A stretch of DNA of 64,000 nucleotides from a virus: IMG/VR virus record IMGVR_UViG_3300044733_003647, positions 92,658 through 156,657 of that record; one strand, 5' to 3'. This document shows, piece by piece, positions 10,623 through 21,183 of this stretch. Position 1 is the first letter of the stretch; each line of letters begins with the position of its first letter. The position numbers and the translations under genes are program-made. The notes beneath the pieces are model-generated. The model saw only the letters and a program-made list of their open reading frames with translations. It did no database searches and was not told where the DNA came from.

Positions 10623-11969
10623 ATGTTTCTATCTGAAGAATTACAAAAGAAATGGACTCCTGTTCTGGAACACCCAGAACTGGAAAAAATTACAGATCCA
10701 TATAAGAAAGCCGTTACTGCTGTAGTGTTGGAAAACCAACAACAAGCAATGAAGGAATCTGCACAACAACTGAATGAAACAACATACTCAGCTGCGCCAA
10801 CAAACGTAACTGGTGGTGTTTCAAACTATGACCCAATCTTAATCAGCTTGGTTCGTCGTGCTCTGCCTAACCTGATTGCTTATGACGTTGCTGGCGTTCA
10901 GCCAATGACAGGTCCTACAGGCCTGATCTTCGCAATGCGTGCTCGTTACGACACACAATCTGGCGGTCCTTCTAATACAAACGAAGCCTTCTTCAACGAA
11001 GCCAACACCATTTTCTCTGGTGCTGGTTCTTCTACTAACCTGTACGGCTTCCGTGGTAACAACACAACAGACGTTAGAACAAACTCTGTTGCAGACTTTA
11101 CTGCTAACAGCTACACAACCGGTATCGGCATGACAACAACACGTGCTGAAGGCCTGGGTGCAGATACAGACACAGGTATGTTCAACCAGATGGCATTCAG
11201 CATTGAGAAAGTTACTGTAACTGCTCAATCACGTGCTCTGAAGGCTGAGTATTCTCTGGAACTGGCACAAGACCTGAAAGCAGTTCATGGTCTGGATGCT
11301 GAAACAGAACTGTCTAACATTCTGTCTACAGAGATTCTTGCTGAAATCAACCGCGAAGTTATTCGTACAATCTACACATGCGCTGTTAACGGTGCTCAGT
11401 ACGGTACAACAACCGCTGGCGTGTTCGACTTAGACACAGACTCTAACGGTCGTTGGTCTGTTGAGCGTTTCAAAGGTCTGATTTTCCAAATCGAACGTGA
11501 TGCTAACGTTATCGCTAAGCAGACTCGTCGTGGAAAAGGTAACGTTCTGATCGTTTCTTCAGACGTTGCTTCTGCTATGGCTATGGCTGGTGTTCTGCAA
11601 TATACACCTGCTCTGCAAGCTGACCTGCAAGTTGACGACACAGGTAACACCTTCGCTGGTCTGTTACATGGTCGTATCAAGGTCTACATCGACCCATACT
11701 TCGGTGGATACACATCTAACCAAGAATTGGTCACAGTTGGTTATAAGGGTACTTCTCCTTATGACGCAGGCTTGTTCTACTGCCCATACGTTCCTCTGCA
11801 AATGGTTCGTGCAGTTGACCAGTACACATTCCAACCAAAGATTGGATTCAAGACACGTTACGGCATGGTTGCAAACCCATTCGCAACAGGTCTGACAACT
11901 GGCAATGGTGCTCTGAACGCACGTAGCAACGTTTACTACAGAATCTTCCAAGTTAAGAACCTGATGTAA
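10623..11969 (+). CDS. gp23: Major capsid protein
   Basis: GVQPMTGPTGLIFAMR, SRALKAEYSLELAQDLKAVHGLDAE, FQPKIGFKTRYG. Confidence 0.98.
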   Translation: MFLSEELQKKWTPVLEHPELEKITDPYKKAVTAVVLENQQQAMKESAQQLNETTYSAAPTNVTGGVSNYDPILISLVRRALPNLIAYDVAGVQPMTGPTGLIFAMRARYDTQSGGPSNTNEAFFNEANTIFSGAGSSTNLYGFRGNNTTDVRTNSVADFTANSYTTGIGMTTTRAEGLGADTDTGMFNQMAFSIEKVTVTAQSRALKAEYSLELAQDLKAVHGLDAETELSNILSTEILAEINREVIRTIYTCAVNGAQYGTTTAGVFDLDTDSNGRWSVERFKGLIFQIERDANVIAKQTRRGKGNVLIVSSDVASAMAMAGVLQYTPALQADLQVDDTGNTFAGLLHGRIKVYIDPYFGGYTSNQELVTVGYKGTSPYDAGLFYCPYVPLQMVRAVDQYTFQPKIGFKTRYGMVANPFATGLTTGNGALNARSNVYYRIFQVKNLM

Positions 11970-12000
11970 TCGGTAAGTCACCGTTAAGAGTGACACTTTA

Positions 12001-12029
12001 AAGGGACCAAGAAATTGGTCCCTTTTTTT
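12001..12029 (+). terminator. Rho-independent terminator after gp23
   Basis: AAGGGACCAA-gaaa-TTGGTCCCTT followed by T-run. Confidence 0.9.
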
Positions 12030-12060
12030 ATGGCTCCTAAATACCTACAAGGAGATTTAA

Positions 12061-12573
12061 ATGACCGCACTGAACAGAAATCCAGAAAATACAAATCTAT
12101 TACAACCAACAAAGTTTTTGTTGACGTTCAGTAGAATTGCTACGACACAATATTTTTGTCAGACAATTAGTATACCAAGTATTTCTTTGGGTGAAGTGGA
12201 CAGAGTTACACCGTTTCTGGACATGTATTCTCCTGGTACAAAACTAAAATATGATCCATTGGACATTTCTTTCATAATAGATGAAGATTTGCAATCCTGG
12301 AAAAACTTATATGACTGGTTCATTTCAATTGCCGATCCGGAAGGTTTTGGTGGAAGAACAGCAAATCGTGAACTTCAACAACAAAAATATTTTTCTGATG
12401 CAACGTTGACTGTACTAAGTGCTCTGAATAATCCAATTTTAAGAATTGATTTTACAAATGTATTTCCATTAACCATGTCGAGTATTGATTTTGATACCAG
12501 ATTATCAGCCGACACTGTGGTTACATGTAATGCAACTTTTAGGTATCAATCATATAAGTACTTGACAATTTAA
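12061..12573 (+). CDS. gp3: Tail tube terminator/completion protein
   Basis: gp3/gp19-like fold motifs (PGTKLKYDPLDISFIIDEDLQSWKNLYDW, SDATL); usual position after gp23. Confidence 0.8.
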   Translation: MTALNRNPENTNLLQPTKFLLTFSRIATTQYFCQTISIPSISLGEVDRVTPFLDMYSPGTKLKYDPLDISFIIDEDLQSWKNLYDWFISIADPEGFGGRTANRELQQQKYFSDATLTVLSALNNPILRIDFTNVFPLTMSSIDFDTRLSADTVVTCNATFRYQSYKYLTI

Positions 12574-12590
12574 CTGATATCCTTTATAAT
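12562..12590 (+). promoter_or_regulatory. sigma70-type promoter for uvsY
   Basis: TTGACA-17 nt-TATAAT. Confidence 0.8.
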
Positions 12591-12658
12591 GTTTTGAAAC
12601 AATTTATTTAACGTAAGTTGTTGTCCTGTATAATAAAAACTGAATTTGTGAAACGATT

Positions 12659-13093
12659 ATGGAAACAATTGAAAACATATTGAAAATGTGGGAAACCGAT
12701 GCAGTCATAGACCAAACGGAACCCAGCAAAGAACTTATCAAAATACCCACACTGCACAGCAAGTATCTTGGATTTCTAACCAAACACAAGATCGCATCGA
12801 AAAAGGCACACTTTGATTATCTACGTATGCGTAAGGTCAAGTGGGAGTACTTCACTGGTAAATTGTCTCAAGAAGAACTGGAAGAATATGGTTGGGAACC
12901 ATTTCAGTTTGCACTCAAATCGGATATCTCCACATATCTTGAAGCAGACAAAGACTTGATTAAGTTACTTGAAAAGAAAGTATACCATGATGAAACAGTT
13001 TCTGTTGTGGAATCTATCATGTCGGAACTGAAACAAAGAACTTGGCAATTGAGAGACTTCATCTCATGGGAAAAATTTATAGGTGGTCAATAA
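12659..13093 (+). CDS. uvsY: Recombination mediator UvsY
   Basis: IPTLHSKYL, YLEADKDL, RTWQLRDFISW; synteny with uvsW. Confidence 0.88.
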   Translation: METIENILKMWETDAVIDQTEPSKELIKIPTLHSKYLGFLTKHKIASKKAHFDYLRMRKVKWEYFTGKLSQEELEEYGWEPFQFALKSDISTYLEADKDLIKLLEKKVYHDETVSVVESIMSELKQRTWQLRDFISWEKFIGGQ

Positions 13094-13494
13094 TGAGTAA
13101 TAATAAATTGTCCACCAAAATATGCATTAAGTGTGAAAAATCAAAACCACTAGATGCATTTATGACAAGAGAAAATTTGGCTAGTGGTAAATCTTCTTAT
13201 AGAACTGAGTGTAAAGAATGTACTTATGAAAAAGCTAAGTTAAGAAAAAAATTGGAAAAACAACATCCAAGACCAACAGATTTAAATTACTGTTGTCCAA
13301 TTTGTGAAAAAACAGAGTCACAATTAAAAAAGAACGGAAGATTTGCGGATAGATCAATTTGGTGTTTAGATCACAATCACGTAACGGAAGAGTTTCGCAA
13401 TTGGATATGCAATAATTGTAATGTGGCTATAGGTAGATTTGAAGATAATTCGTCTATTGCATATAAAGCGTATAAGTATCTATTAAATGATTGA
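13093..13494 (+). CDS. Endonuclease VII-family (His-Me finger) putative homing endonuclease
   Basis: CxxC pairs, CPICEK..LDHNH...RNWICNNCNVAIG; start at ATG in a TAATG overlap with uvsY stop. Confidence 0.8.
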   Translation: MSNNKLSTKICIKCEKSKPLDAFMTRENLASGKSSYRTECKECTYEKAKLRKKLEKQHPRPTDLNYCCPICEKTESQLKKNGRFADRSIWCLDHNHVTEEFRNWICNNCNVAIGRFEDNSSIAYKAYKYLLND

Positions 13495-14974
13495 CTTATT
13501 AATAACAAAAAAAGATGAGGTGTTCGCCAAGATATCTTGTGAACGCCATATCGCTATGGAGTTATCAGAATACTTCACATTCTTTGTACCTGGTTATCAA
13601 TTCGTTCCAACCTATCGGAATCGAATCTGGGACGGTAAAATAAGACTATTCAATCTAGCGACAAGTCAAATATATCTTGGGCTGATACCTTATCTGAAAG
13701 AGTTCTGTGAAGAACGCAACTACAAGTACGAATTTGAAGAAACACAAGATGAATATTCGATATATCATTTTGAAAAATATGTTAAAACTCTGAATCTACA
13801 TTCACAAGGTCGACCAATTGATGTAAGAGATCATCAAAGAAAAGCATTCATTCATGCAATGCAACATAGAAGAGCTCTGTTGTTGTCTCCCACCGCATCA
13901 GGAAAATCACTGATCATTTATTTGTTGTTTAGACAGTTACTAGATTATCAGAATCTAAAAGGATTGATTATTGTTCCCACAACTTCTCTTGTTGAACAGT
14001 TATATTCAGACTTTGAAGACTACTCTTCACACAACGGTTTCAATGTGGAAGAAAACGTACACAGAATATATCAAGGCAAAGACAAACATACAAACAAGAA
14101 TCTGACTATCTCTACATGGCAGTCACTTTATCAATTGCCAAAACAATACTTTGAACAGTTTGACTACATCATTGGAGATGAGGCACACTTGTTCAAGGCA
14201 CAGTCACTCACAACAATTATGACTGCCGCAAACAAGACAAAGTATCGTATTGGTTTAACTGGTACTTTAGATGGTACAAAGACTCACAAACTGGTTTTGG
14301 AAGGTTTGTTTGGAACTGTAGAGAAGGTAATCACAACAAAAGAGTTGATCGACAAAAAGCAATTGTCACCTTTCAATATCAAATGTCTGGTACTTAAACA
14401 TTCACCAGAGGTATGTGAAAATCATAAAGATGACACTTATCAGGAAGAAATAGAATACCTTATTACATCCGAAAACAGAAATAGATTCATCAGGAATCTA
14501 TGCATCAGTTTAGATAAAAATACCCTAGTGCTTTATCAAATGGTTGAAAAACATGGTAAAATATTGTATAATATAATTAAAGAAAAAGCAAACGGCCGCA
14601 AGGTATTTTTTGTACATGGCGGAGTAGAAACAGAAGACAGAGAGAATATTCGTAAGATTATGGAGACAGAGAATGATGCTATTGTTGTGGCTTCTTTTGG
14701 GACTTTTTCTACTGGAATTAATATTAGGAATTTACATAATATTATCTTCGCATCTCCGTCAAAGTCAAGAGTTCGAAATCTTCAATCGATTGGACGATCT
14801 CTTAGACAGTCGGAAGGTAAAGAAATGGCAACACTCTATGACATTGCAGACGACCTCAGACACAAAAAGAAAATGAACTTTACGTTGCAACATTTCGTGG
14901 AAAGAGTGAAAATATATAATGAAGAGAAGTTCTCTTTCAAACTTTATAACATAGGATTAAAAGATGGAAAATAA
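13487..14974 (+). CDS. uvsW: DNA helicase UvsW
   Basis: SPTASGKS, DEAH, GLTGT, QSIGRSLR (SF2 helicase). Confidence 0.96.
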   Translation: MIDLLITKKDEVFAKISCERHIAMELSEYFTFFVPGYQFVPTYRNRIWDGKIRLFNLATSQIYLGLIPYLKEFCEERNYKYEFEETQDEYSIYHFEKYVKTLNLHSQGRPIDVRDHQRKAFIHAMQHRRALLLSPTASGKSLIIYLLFRQLLDYQNLKGLIIVPTTSLVEQLYSDFEDYSSHNGFNVEENVHRIYQGKDKHTNKNLTISTWQSLYQLPKQYFEQFDYIIGDEAHLFKAQSLTTIMTAANKTKYRIGLTGTLDGTKTHKLVLEGLFGTVEKVITTKELIDKKQLSPFNIKCLVLKHSPEVCENHKDDTYQEEIEYLITSENRNRFIRNLCISLDKNTLVLYQMVEKHGKILYNIIKEKANGRKVFFVHGGVETEDRENIRKIMETENDAIVVASFGTFSTGINIRNLHNIIFASPSKSRVRNLQSIGRSLRQSEGKEMATLYDIADDLRHKKKMNFTLQHFVERVKIYNEEKFSFKLYNIGLKDGK

Positions 14975-15326
14975 CATTTACGCTTTGAGATTTAAAGATG
15001 GTATTGATGTTATTTGTGTTATGGAACAACTTGATTCATATCAAATTAAAATTACAAACCCCATGATGTTTGAAGTTAGGAATTCAAATCTGCTTTTGCA
15101 ACATTGGTTACCGGTAGATATTATGAAAGGTGATTCAGTGGCAATTAACAATGAAGATGTTCTTTGTATTTTTGAACCAACTGAGGATTTTAAAGAATAC
15201 TATCTGAATACCGTGGAGAGGATGGCAGAAATATTGAATAACAGATCCAAAGTAAAAGAACAAGATGTTAATATGGCGGAGATGTTAAGAGAAATGGAAT
15301 CAATTAAAGGAACTTTATTACATTAA
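14964..15326 (+). CDS. Conserved hypothetical protein (Sm-like)
   Basis: ORF with SD between uvsW and gp55, as in other T4-like phages. Confidence 0.6.
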   Translation: MENNIYALRFKDGIDVICVMEQLDSYQIKITNPMMFEVRNSNLLLQHWLPVDIMKGDSVAINNEDVLCIFEPTEDFKEYYLNTVERMAEILNNRSKVKEQDVNMAEMLREMESIKGTLLH

Positions 15327-15399
15327 TATCATCGGGGCTACACCGTGAACTGTATCACGTGTCAAGCCTTTTGTCAACAACTTTTTATGGTATACTTGA

Positions 15400-15942
15400 A
15401 TGAACAAACAGAAACACTACATCAATAACGAAGATTTCCTAAAGGCCTTGGTTGCATACAAGGAACTATGTATCGAAGCCGAGAAGAACGGCAAAGCAAA
15501 ACCCAACATACCAAATTATATCGGTGAATGTTGGATGAAAATTGCCGAAGGACTCTCACACAAACCAAACTTCATCAACTATACTTACCGAGATGAAATG
15601 ATTTCGGATGGCATCGAAAACTGTCTGATGTATTTTGAGAACTTTGATCCGAATAAATCCAAAAACCCATTTGCATACTTCACCCAAATCATTTACTACG
15701 CCTTCCTCAGGAGAATACAGAAGGAAAAGAAACAATTGTATGTGAAGTATAAGTCTACCGAACAAATTGGTATTCTGGATGAATTTGAAACCATGGAGTT
15801 CGAAGATGGTACAACCAAACAGTTTGAACTGTATGACAACATTGCCGAGTTTATTGAGAACTACGAAGTTGCCAAAAAAACTAAAAAAGAATTGAAGACG
15901 GTAAAGAAACCAAAAGGGCTTGAAAAATTTATTGAGGAGTGA
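15400..15942 (+). CDS. gp55: Late sigma factor
   Basis: HYINN, NFINYTYRDEMISDGIENC, NPFAYFTQIIYYAFLRRI. Confidence 0.95.
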   Translation: MNKQKHYINNEDFLKALVAYKELCIEAEKNGKAKPNIPNYIGECWMKIAEGLSHKPNFINYTYRDEMISDGIENCLMYFENFDPNKSKNPFAYFTQIIYYAFLRRIQKEKKQLYVKYKSTEQIGILDEFETMEFEDGTTKQFELYDNIAEFIENYEVAKKTKKELKTVKKPKGLEKFIEE

Positions 15943-15946
15943 TATA

Positions 15947-16408
15947 ATGAAAATTGGATTTAATTGTAGCACCTTTGATTTGTTCCATGCTGGGCATGTC
16001 ACAATGTTGCGAGAAGAAAAAAGACACTGTAATTATTTGATTGTGGCAGTACAGGTTGATCCAACCGTGGATAGGCCAGATACCAAAAATAAACCAGTAA
16101 TGTCTATGTACGAAAGATTTATGTGTGTGTCGGCTTGCAAATATGTTGATGAAGTTTTGGTATACCATACCGAAGAAGATTTATTGAACATGTTGAAAAC
16201 GGTGCATATTGATATTCGCTTTTTAGGTGATGAATATAAAACAAAGGACTTTACTGGAAAACAATGGTGTTTGGATCAAGGCATAGAATTGTTCTATCAC
16301 GAACGACAACACCCATACAGTAGTTCTGGTTTAAGAAAAAGAGTATGGGAAGCGGAAGAAAAAAGAATGGGTATTTTGAAACAGGAATATAATGATTGTA
16401 AAAAATGA
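15947..16408 (+). CDS. Cytidylyltransferase (TagD/glycerol-3-phosphate CT-like)
   Basis: FDLFHAGH (HxGH), YSSSGLRKR; start set at ATG 15947 after GAGGAG. Confidence 0.85.
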   Translation: MKIGFNCSTFDLFHAGHVTMLREEKRHCNYLIVAVQVDPTVDRPDTKNKPVMSMYERFMCVSACKYVDEVLVYHTEEDLLNMLKTVHIDIRFLGDEYKTKDFTGKQWCLDQGIELFYHERQHPYSSSGLRKRVWEAEEKRMGILKQEYNDCKK

Positions 16409-17478
16409 AAATTGCCATAATAACTGATCAACATTTTGGTGCGAGAAATGATTCGGTACACTTTTTAGATTTTTACGAAAAGTTTTATAGAGATACCTTC
16501 TTTCCTAAAATCAAAGAGGAAAATGTACAAGCCGTATTGATGTTGGGTGATACTTTTGACCGCAGAAAGTACATGAACTTCTATACACTCAAACGTGCCA
16601 AAGAAATGTTCTTTGATCCTCTGGCACAAATGGGAATTGATGTTCACATTCTGGCTGGCAATCACGACACCTATTTCAAGAACACGAATGATGTGAACTC
16701 GGTTGATCTGTTACTCCGAGAATACTCTAGTTCATTTAATGTGATTGATGATCCAACGGAGATTTATGTTGGTCCACACAAGATTTGCATGATGCCTTGG
16801 ATTTGTCCAGAAAATTATGAAGATAGTATGACGATGCTTCAAACTACTGATGCAAAGTACTGCATGGGTCACTTTGAAATTTCTGGTTTTGCAATGTATC
16901 GCGGTATGCCATCTGAAGGAGGATTAGATCGTGGGATTTTTCGTAAGTTCTCTCATACTTTTTCTGGTCATTATCATCATAAGTCTAGTTCAGACGACAT
17001 TTACTACCTCGGAAATCCATACGAACTCACTTGGCAAGATTACAACGATCCTCGCGGCTTTCATATCTTTAATTTGGATAACGATGGGCTTGATTTTGTA
17101 AAGAATCCAAATGTCATGTTTCACCGCATCAAGTATGATGACAAGGAAGAAACTATCACCGAAATCAACAATAAAGATTTATCAGTTTACACCGGCGCTT
17201 ATGTTAAAGTGGTTGTAATGAATAAAACGAATCCATATTTGTTTGACAAGTTTATGAATAACTTGTATAATGTCAATCCAATTGATATCACCATTGCAGA
17301 AGACTTTTCTGAATTGACAGAAGGTGTTGAAGAGAATATGGTAGATCAAGCTGAAGACACCTTAACCATACTCAACAAATATGTTGATGCAATTAAGGAA
17401 GATAGCATAGATAATAATGAATTGAAAAAATTATTGAAAGAACTCTACGTAGAGGCATTGAATACTGAGAGAGCATGA
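16405..17478 (+). CDS. gp47: Recombination endonuclease subunit (Mre11/SbcD-like)
   Basis: DQHFG, LGDTFD, GNHD, GHYH. Confidence 0.95.
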   Translation: MKIAIITDQHFGARNDSVHFLDFYEKFYRDTFFPKIKEENVQAVLMLGDTFDRRKYMNFYTLKRAKEMFFDPLAQMGIDVHILAGNHDTYFKNTNDVNSVDLLLREYSSSFNVIDDPTEIYVGPHKICMMPWICPENYEDSMTMLQTTDAKYCMGHFEISGFAMYRGMPSEGGLDRGIFRKFSHTFSGHYHHKSSSDDIYYLGNPYELTWQDYNDPRGFHIFNLDNDGLDFVKNPNVMFHRIKYDDKEETITEINNKDLSVYTGAYVKVVVMNKTNPYLFDKFMNNLYNVNPIDITIAEDFSELTEGVEENMVDQAEDTLTILNKYVDAIKEDSIDNNELKKLLKELYVEALNTERA

Positions 17479-19193
17479 TACTATTTCAAAAAATCCGTTG
17501 GAAGAATTTACTGTCTACCGGTAATTCTTTCACCGAAATCAATTTCACCAGATCAACAAACACACTGATTATTGGTCAGAATGGAGCAGGTAAATCCACC
17601 ATTCTTGATGCATTGTGTTTTGTTTTGTTTGGTAAACCATTCAGAAAAATAAATAAACCACAACTGTTAAACTCTATCAATGGTAGAGATGCGGTAGTCG
17701 AAATAGAATTTTCTATTGGTAAAAAATCGTACAAAGTTGTTCGTGGTATTAAACCCAACATCTTTGAGATTTATGTTGATGGTGTTCTGCTGAACCAAGA
17801 TGCAGCTGCAAAAGATTATCAAGAAGTACTAGAGAACAATATTCTCAAATTAAATTACAAATCTTTCACGCAGGTTGTGATTCTTGGTTCAGCTTCTTTC
17901 GTTCCGTTTATGCAGTTATCTGCTTCAGATCGTAGGACAATTATCGAAGACCTACTAGACATTCAAATTTTCTCTTCAATGAATTCCGTTGTCAAAGAGA
18001 AAATGTCCACAATCAAAGATGATATTACCAAAGTAAAATTTGATATCAATCTGGTGGAAGAAAAAATTAAGTTTCAGAAACAAAACATTGAAGACCATCG
18101 TTTACGTAATGATGTTGAGATTGAAAATAAGAGAAATGAAATTGTCACCTCACAAGGACAAATTACCAAAATCACTAACGACATTTCTCTCATACAGAAA
18201 CATGTCGATGCACTAACTTACAAAGTTGGTGATGGCCAAGACAGTCTGGATAAAAAGTCTAAAAAACTAATTCAGTTGGAAGCCAAGATTGAAAACAATA
18301 TTTCAAAGAATGAAAAGGATATTGAATTTTATGAAAAAAATGACAATTGCCCAACATGTAAACAGTCTATTGAAACACATTTCAAAGCTCAGCAAATCCA
18401 AGAAAGAAAAGATAAAGTCAACACACAACAAAAAGGTCTTGACGAAATTAAGGCAGAGATCGGTAAAATTACAAAACGAATGAATGATATCGCTGCCGTA
18501 TTGAAACACATCAATGCACACAATGGCGAAATTATTAAACACAACTCAACCATATCTGCTATACAACAATATATTACCAAACTGAATAAAGAGATCACCG
18601 ATCTCTCTTCAACCAAAGACAATCTGGAAGAAGAGAATGAGAAGTTGAAAGATTTGAAAAGTGAATTGACAACATATACTGAATCGTATGAAAAACTTGT
18701 TTCGTTGAAACATTACCATGAATATGCCAGCACTCTACTGAAAGATACTGGTATCAAAACAAAGATCATCAAACAGTACTTGCCGATTATGAACAAGTTG
18801 ATCAACAAGTACCTGTCTTCAATGGACTTCTTTGTCAACTTCAATATTAACGAAAACTTTGAAGAGACAATCAAGAGTCGGCACCGCGATGAATTTTCAT
18901 ATGCTAATTTTTCCGAAGGTGAGAAACAAAAGATTGATATGGCATTGTTGTTAACTTGGCGCCAAGTTGCCAAATTGAAAAATAGTACCAATACCAATCT
19001 GTTGATATTGGATGAAATATTTGATAGTAGTTTGGATACGGCTTCTGTTGAACTGTTGATGAACCTACTAAAAGAGTTGTCTTCTGATACAAACGTTTTT
19101 GTCATCTCACACAAAGGTGATCAACTGTTTGATAAGTTCCGTTCCGTTATTAAGTTTGTAAAGAAGAATAATTTTTCTGTGATTGAGAAATAA
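17475..19193 (+). CDS. gp46: Recombination ATPase subunit (Rad50/SbcC-like)
   Basis: GQNGAGKST, CPTC hook, FSEGEK, ILDEIFD. Confidence 0.96.
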   Translation: MILFQKIRWKNLLSTGNSFTEINFTRSTNTLIIGQNGAGKSTILDALCFVLFGKPFRKINKPQLLNSINGRDAVVEIEFSIGKKSYKVVRGIKPNIFEIYVDGVLLNQDAAAKDYQEVLENNILKLNYKSFTQVVILGSASFVPFMQLSASDRRTIIEDLLDIQIFSSMNSVVKEKMSTIKDDITKVKFDINLVEEKIKFQKQNIEDHRLRNDVEIENKRNEIVTSQGQITKITNDISLIQKHVDALTYKVGDGQDSLDKKSKKLIQLEAKIENNISKNEKDIEFYEKNDNCPTCKQSIETHFKAQQIQERKDKVNTQQKGLDEIKAEIGKITKRMNDIAAVLKHINAHNGEIIKHNSTISAIQQYITKLNKEITDLSSTKDNLEEENEKLKDLKSELTTYTESYEKLVSLKHYHEYASTLLKDTGIKTKIIKQYLPIMNKLINKYLSSMDFFVNFNINENFEETIKSRHRDEFSYANFSEGEKQKIDMALLLTWRQVAKLKNSTNTNLLILDEIFDSSLDTASVELLMNLLKELSSDTNVFVISHKGDQLFDKFRSVIKFVKKNNFSVIEK

Positions 19194-19204
19194 AAGGAAA
19201 CAAA

Positions 19205-19798
19205 ATGAGTACTGATGAAGTTGTATTATACGATACACAAGAACAAAGTAAGGTTGCGTCAATTGCACCAATTTTTAAACTTGTTCCTCCAGATTGGCCA
19301 ACTCTTTACCAAGTGTTGCCAGAGTTTAACTTTAAGAAACCACCCGTTAATCCGGCAGAGTTTGCTTCTTCTCTGGTAGAAACCTGTAAAACAAATAATG
19401 GATTAGGTCTTTCTGCAAATCAATGTGGTTATGCACATCGTGTTTTTGTTATGGGTACGGGTGAGGAATATGTTGCATTCTTTAATCCTGAACTGATCTC
19501 TTCTGAAGGAGAAGTTCATATGGATGAAGGTTGCCTTTCTTTTCCAATGTTGACATTAAAGGTAACAAGACCAAAAACAATTCAGGTAAAATACCAAGAC
19601 TTCAAAGGTGAAACACATACCAAAACTTTTGAAGGATTAACCGCCAGGTGTTTCCTGCATGAACTTGACCACATGAACGGAATAGTGTATACTGACAGGA
19701 CTAAACCTCTTGCACTTCAACTTGGTTTGAAAAAACTGAGTAAGTTAAACAAGAAGATGCTTAAGTTTCAAAAGTACAATCTATCAAAAAAGAAATAA
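19205..19798 (+). CDS. def: Peptide deformylase
   Basis: GLGLSANQCG, EGCLS, HELDHMNG motifs. Confidence 0.95.
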   Translation: MSTDEVVLYDTQEQSKVASIAPIFKLVPPDWPTLYQVLPEFNFKKPPVNPAEFASSLVETCKTNNGLGLSANQCGYAHRVFVMGTGEEYVAFFNPELISSEGEVHMDEGCLSFPMLTLKVTRPKTIQVKYQDFKGETHTKTFEGLTARCFLHELDHMNGIVYTDRTKPLALQLGLKKLSKLNKKMLKFQKYNLSKKK

Positions 19799-19801
19799 TT
19801 A

Positions 19802-21076
19802 ATGGCGAAGAAAAAAGTATATCCATCGTTCGATGAACAGTGGCGTCTTTGGCAAATTGAAAATGAGCCAGCACGTTTCACTCATATTGATACCGAGAAA
19901 CTAAAACAATCTTTAGTCGATGACTTGACGAAGGCATCCAACATGGATGTCCGTGAATATACTTTGTATCAAAAGTGGTGTGAGGTACATGAGAAGTATC
20001 CCACAAGAGAGATCAATACTATTTTTGATGGATATCAGGTTCAATTGGTCGACAACAACCAAATGAAGATGATTGAAGAAGTCAAATCGAATTTCTGGAT
20101 GCCAGAAACACCAGAGTGTTATGAGAAACTAAAACCTAAAATGGTCTTGTCTAATGGACCTTTGGCAGAAACCTGGAACACCATTCGTACCTTCTCTTCA
20201 ACAATGAAGAACAATTCAAACATTGGTCGAAACTTGTTCTACACTGTTCAAGATGAAGTTACAGGTAAATATCTTGGTGTCATCTGCATTTCATCCGACT
20301 TTCTTGACTTGACACCGCGAGACAAGGCAATTGGTTGGGAAAGAACCATCAAGACACAAGGTAATATGATTAATCATACTGCAATCGGTTCGACCATCGT
20401 ACCTTTGCAACCTCTTGGATTCAACTATATGGGCGGCAAATTATTGGCACTACTTTGTCTCTCTGATACTGTACAGAAAGATTGGAAGAGACAATATGGT
20501 GATGTACTCGTAGGTGTGACAACAACATCACTCTATGGTAATACCAAATCAAATGGTCTGTCTCAGTATGATGGGCTTGAACACTGGAACAAAATGGGTT
20601 TCTCTAGTGGTTCTGTTGCATTCGAACCGACAAAGAAGACCGTTAATGCTGTCTATGATTGGGTGAAAGAAAATCACACTCAAAAATATTTCGAATGGTG
20701 GGAAGCCAAAAAACCAAATGGTTTGCCTTTTAAACGTGATCATAAAAACCGCACGTTGAATTTCGCATATCCAAAACTTGGCATTCCTAAAAACCTGGTT
20801 CGTACCGAACATCAAAGAGGCATTTATTTTTCTCCTCTTTATAATAATACCAATGAATTCTTAAGAAAAGAAATTGGTGAAAATGAACTGATCAAATCTT
20901 TCGATACATCCGAAGAAACCCTATCGAATATTTGGAAAATCAAATATGCCAAAGGTAGGATTTCCATGTTGAAGAAGAAGAACAATGTCTCTTATGAGTC
21001 TTTGTTTTATGATGATTTGATCTTCTTGTCTTGGGAAGAAACCAAGGCAAAATACCTGCCACAAGTTGGCAGATAA
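19802..21076 (+). CDS. DUF4338 / Druantia DruA-like protein (paralog 1)
   Basis: GRNL.., IVPLQPLGFNYMGGKLLA, TTSLYG, SQYDG motifs shared with 46205..47314. Confidence 0.65.
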   Translation: MAKKKVYPSFDEQWRLWQIENEPARFTHIDTEKLKQSLVDDLTKASNMDVREYTLYQKWCEVHEKYPTREINTIFDGYQVQLVDNNQMKMIEEVKSNFWMPETPECYEKLKPKMVLSNGPLAETWNTIRTFSSTMKNNSNIGRNLFYTVQDEVTGKYLGVICISSDFLDLTPRDKAIGWERTIKTQGNMINHTAIGSTIVPLQPLGFNYMGGKLLALLCLSDTVQKDWKRQYGDVLVGVTTTSLYGNTKSNGLSQYDGLEHWNKMGFSSGSVAFEPTKKTVNAVYDWVKENHTQKYFEWWEAKKPNGLPFKRDHKNRTLNFAYPKLGIPKNLVRTEHQRGIYFSPLYNNTNEFLRKEIGENELIKSFDTSEETLSNIWKIKYAKGRISMLKKKNNVSYESLFYDDLIFLSWEETKAKYLPQVGR

Positions 21077-21098
21077 TTCAAGTATACCATGAAAATAC

Positions 21099-21127
21099 TT
21101 GACACGGTGTCTATATAATAGTATACT
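21099..21127 (+). promoter_or_regulatory. sigma70-type promoter
   Basis: TTGACA-17 nt-TATACT. Confidence 0.75.
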
Positions 21128-21183
21128 GTGAAGACTTGCAAAACGCAAGATTTTTGTTAAACCTTGTCATTATGGAGATTACT

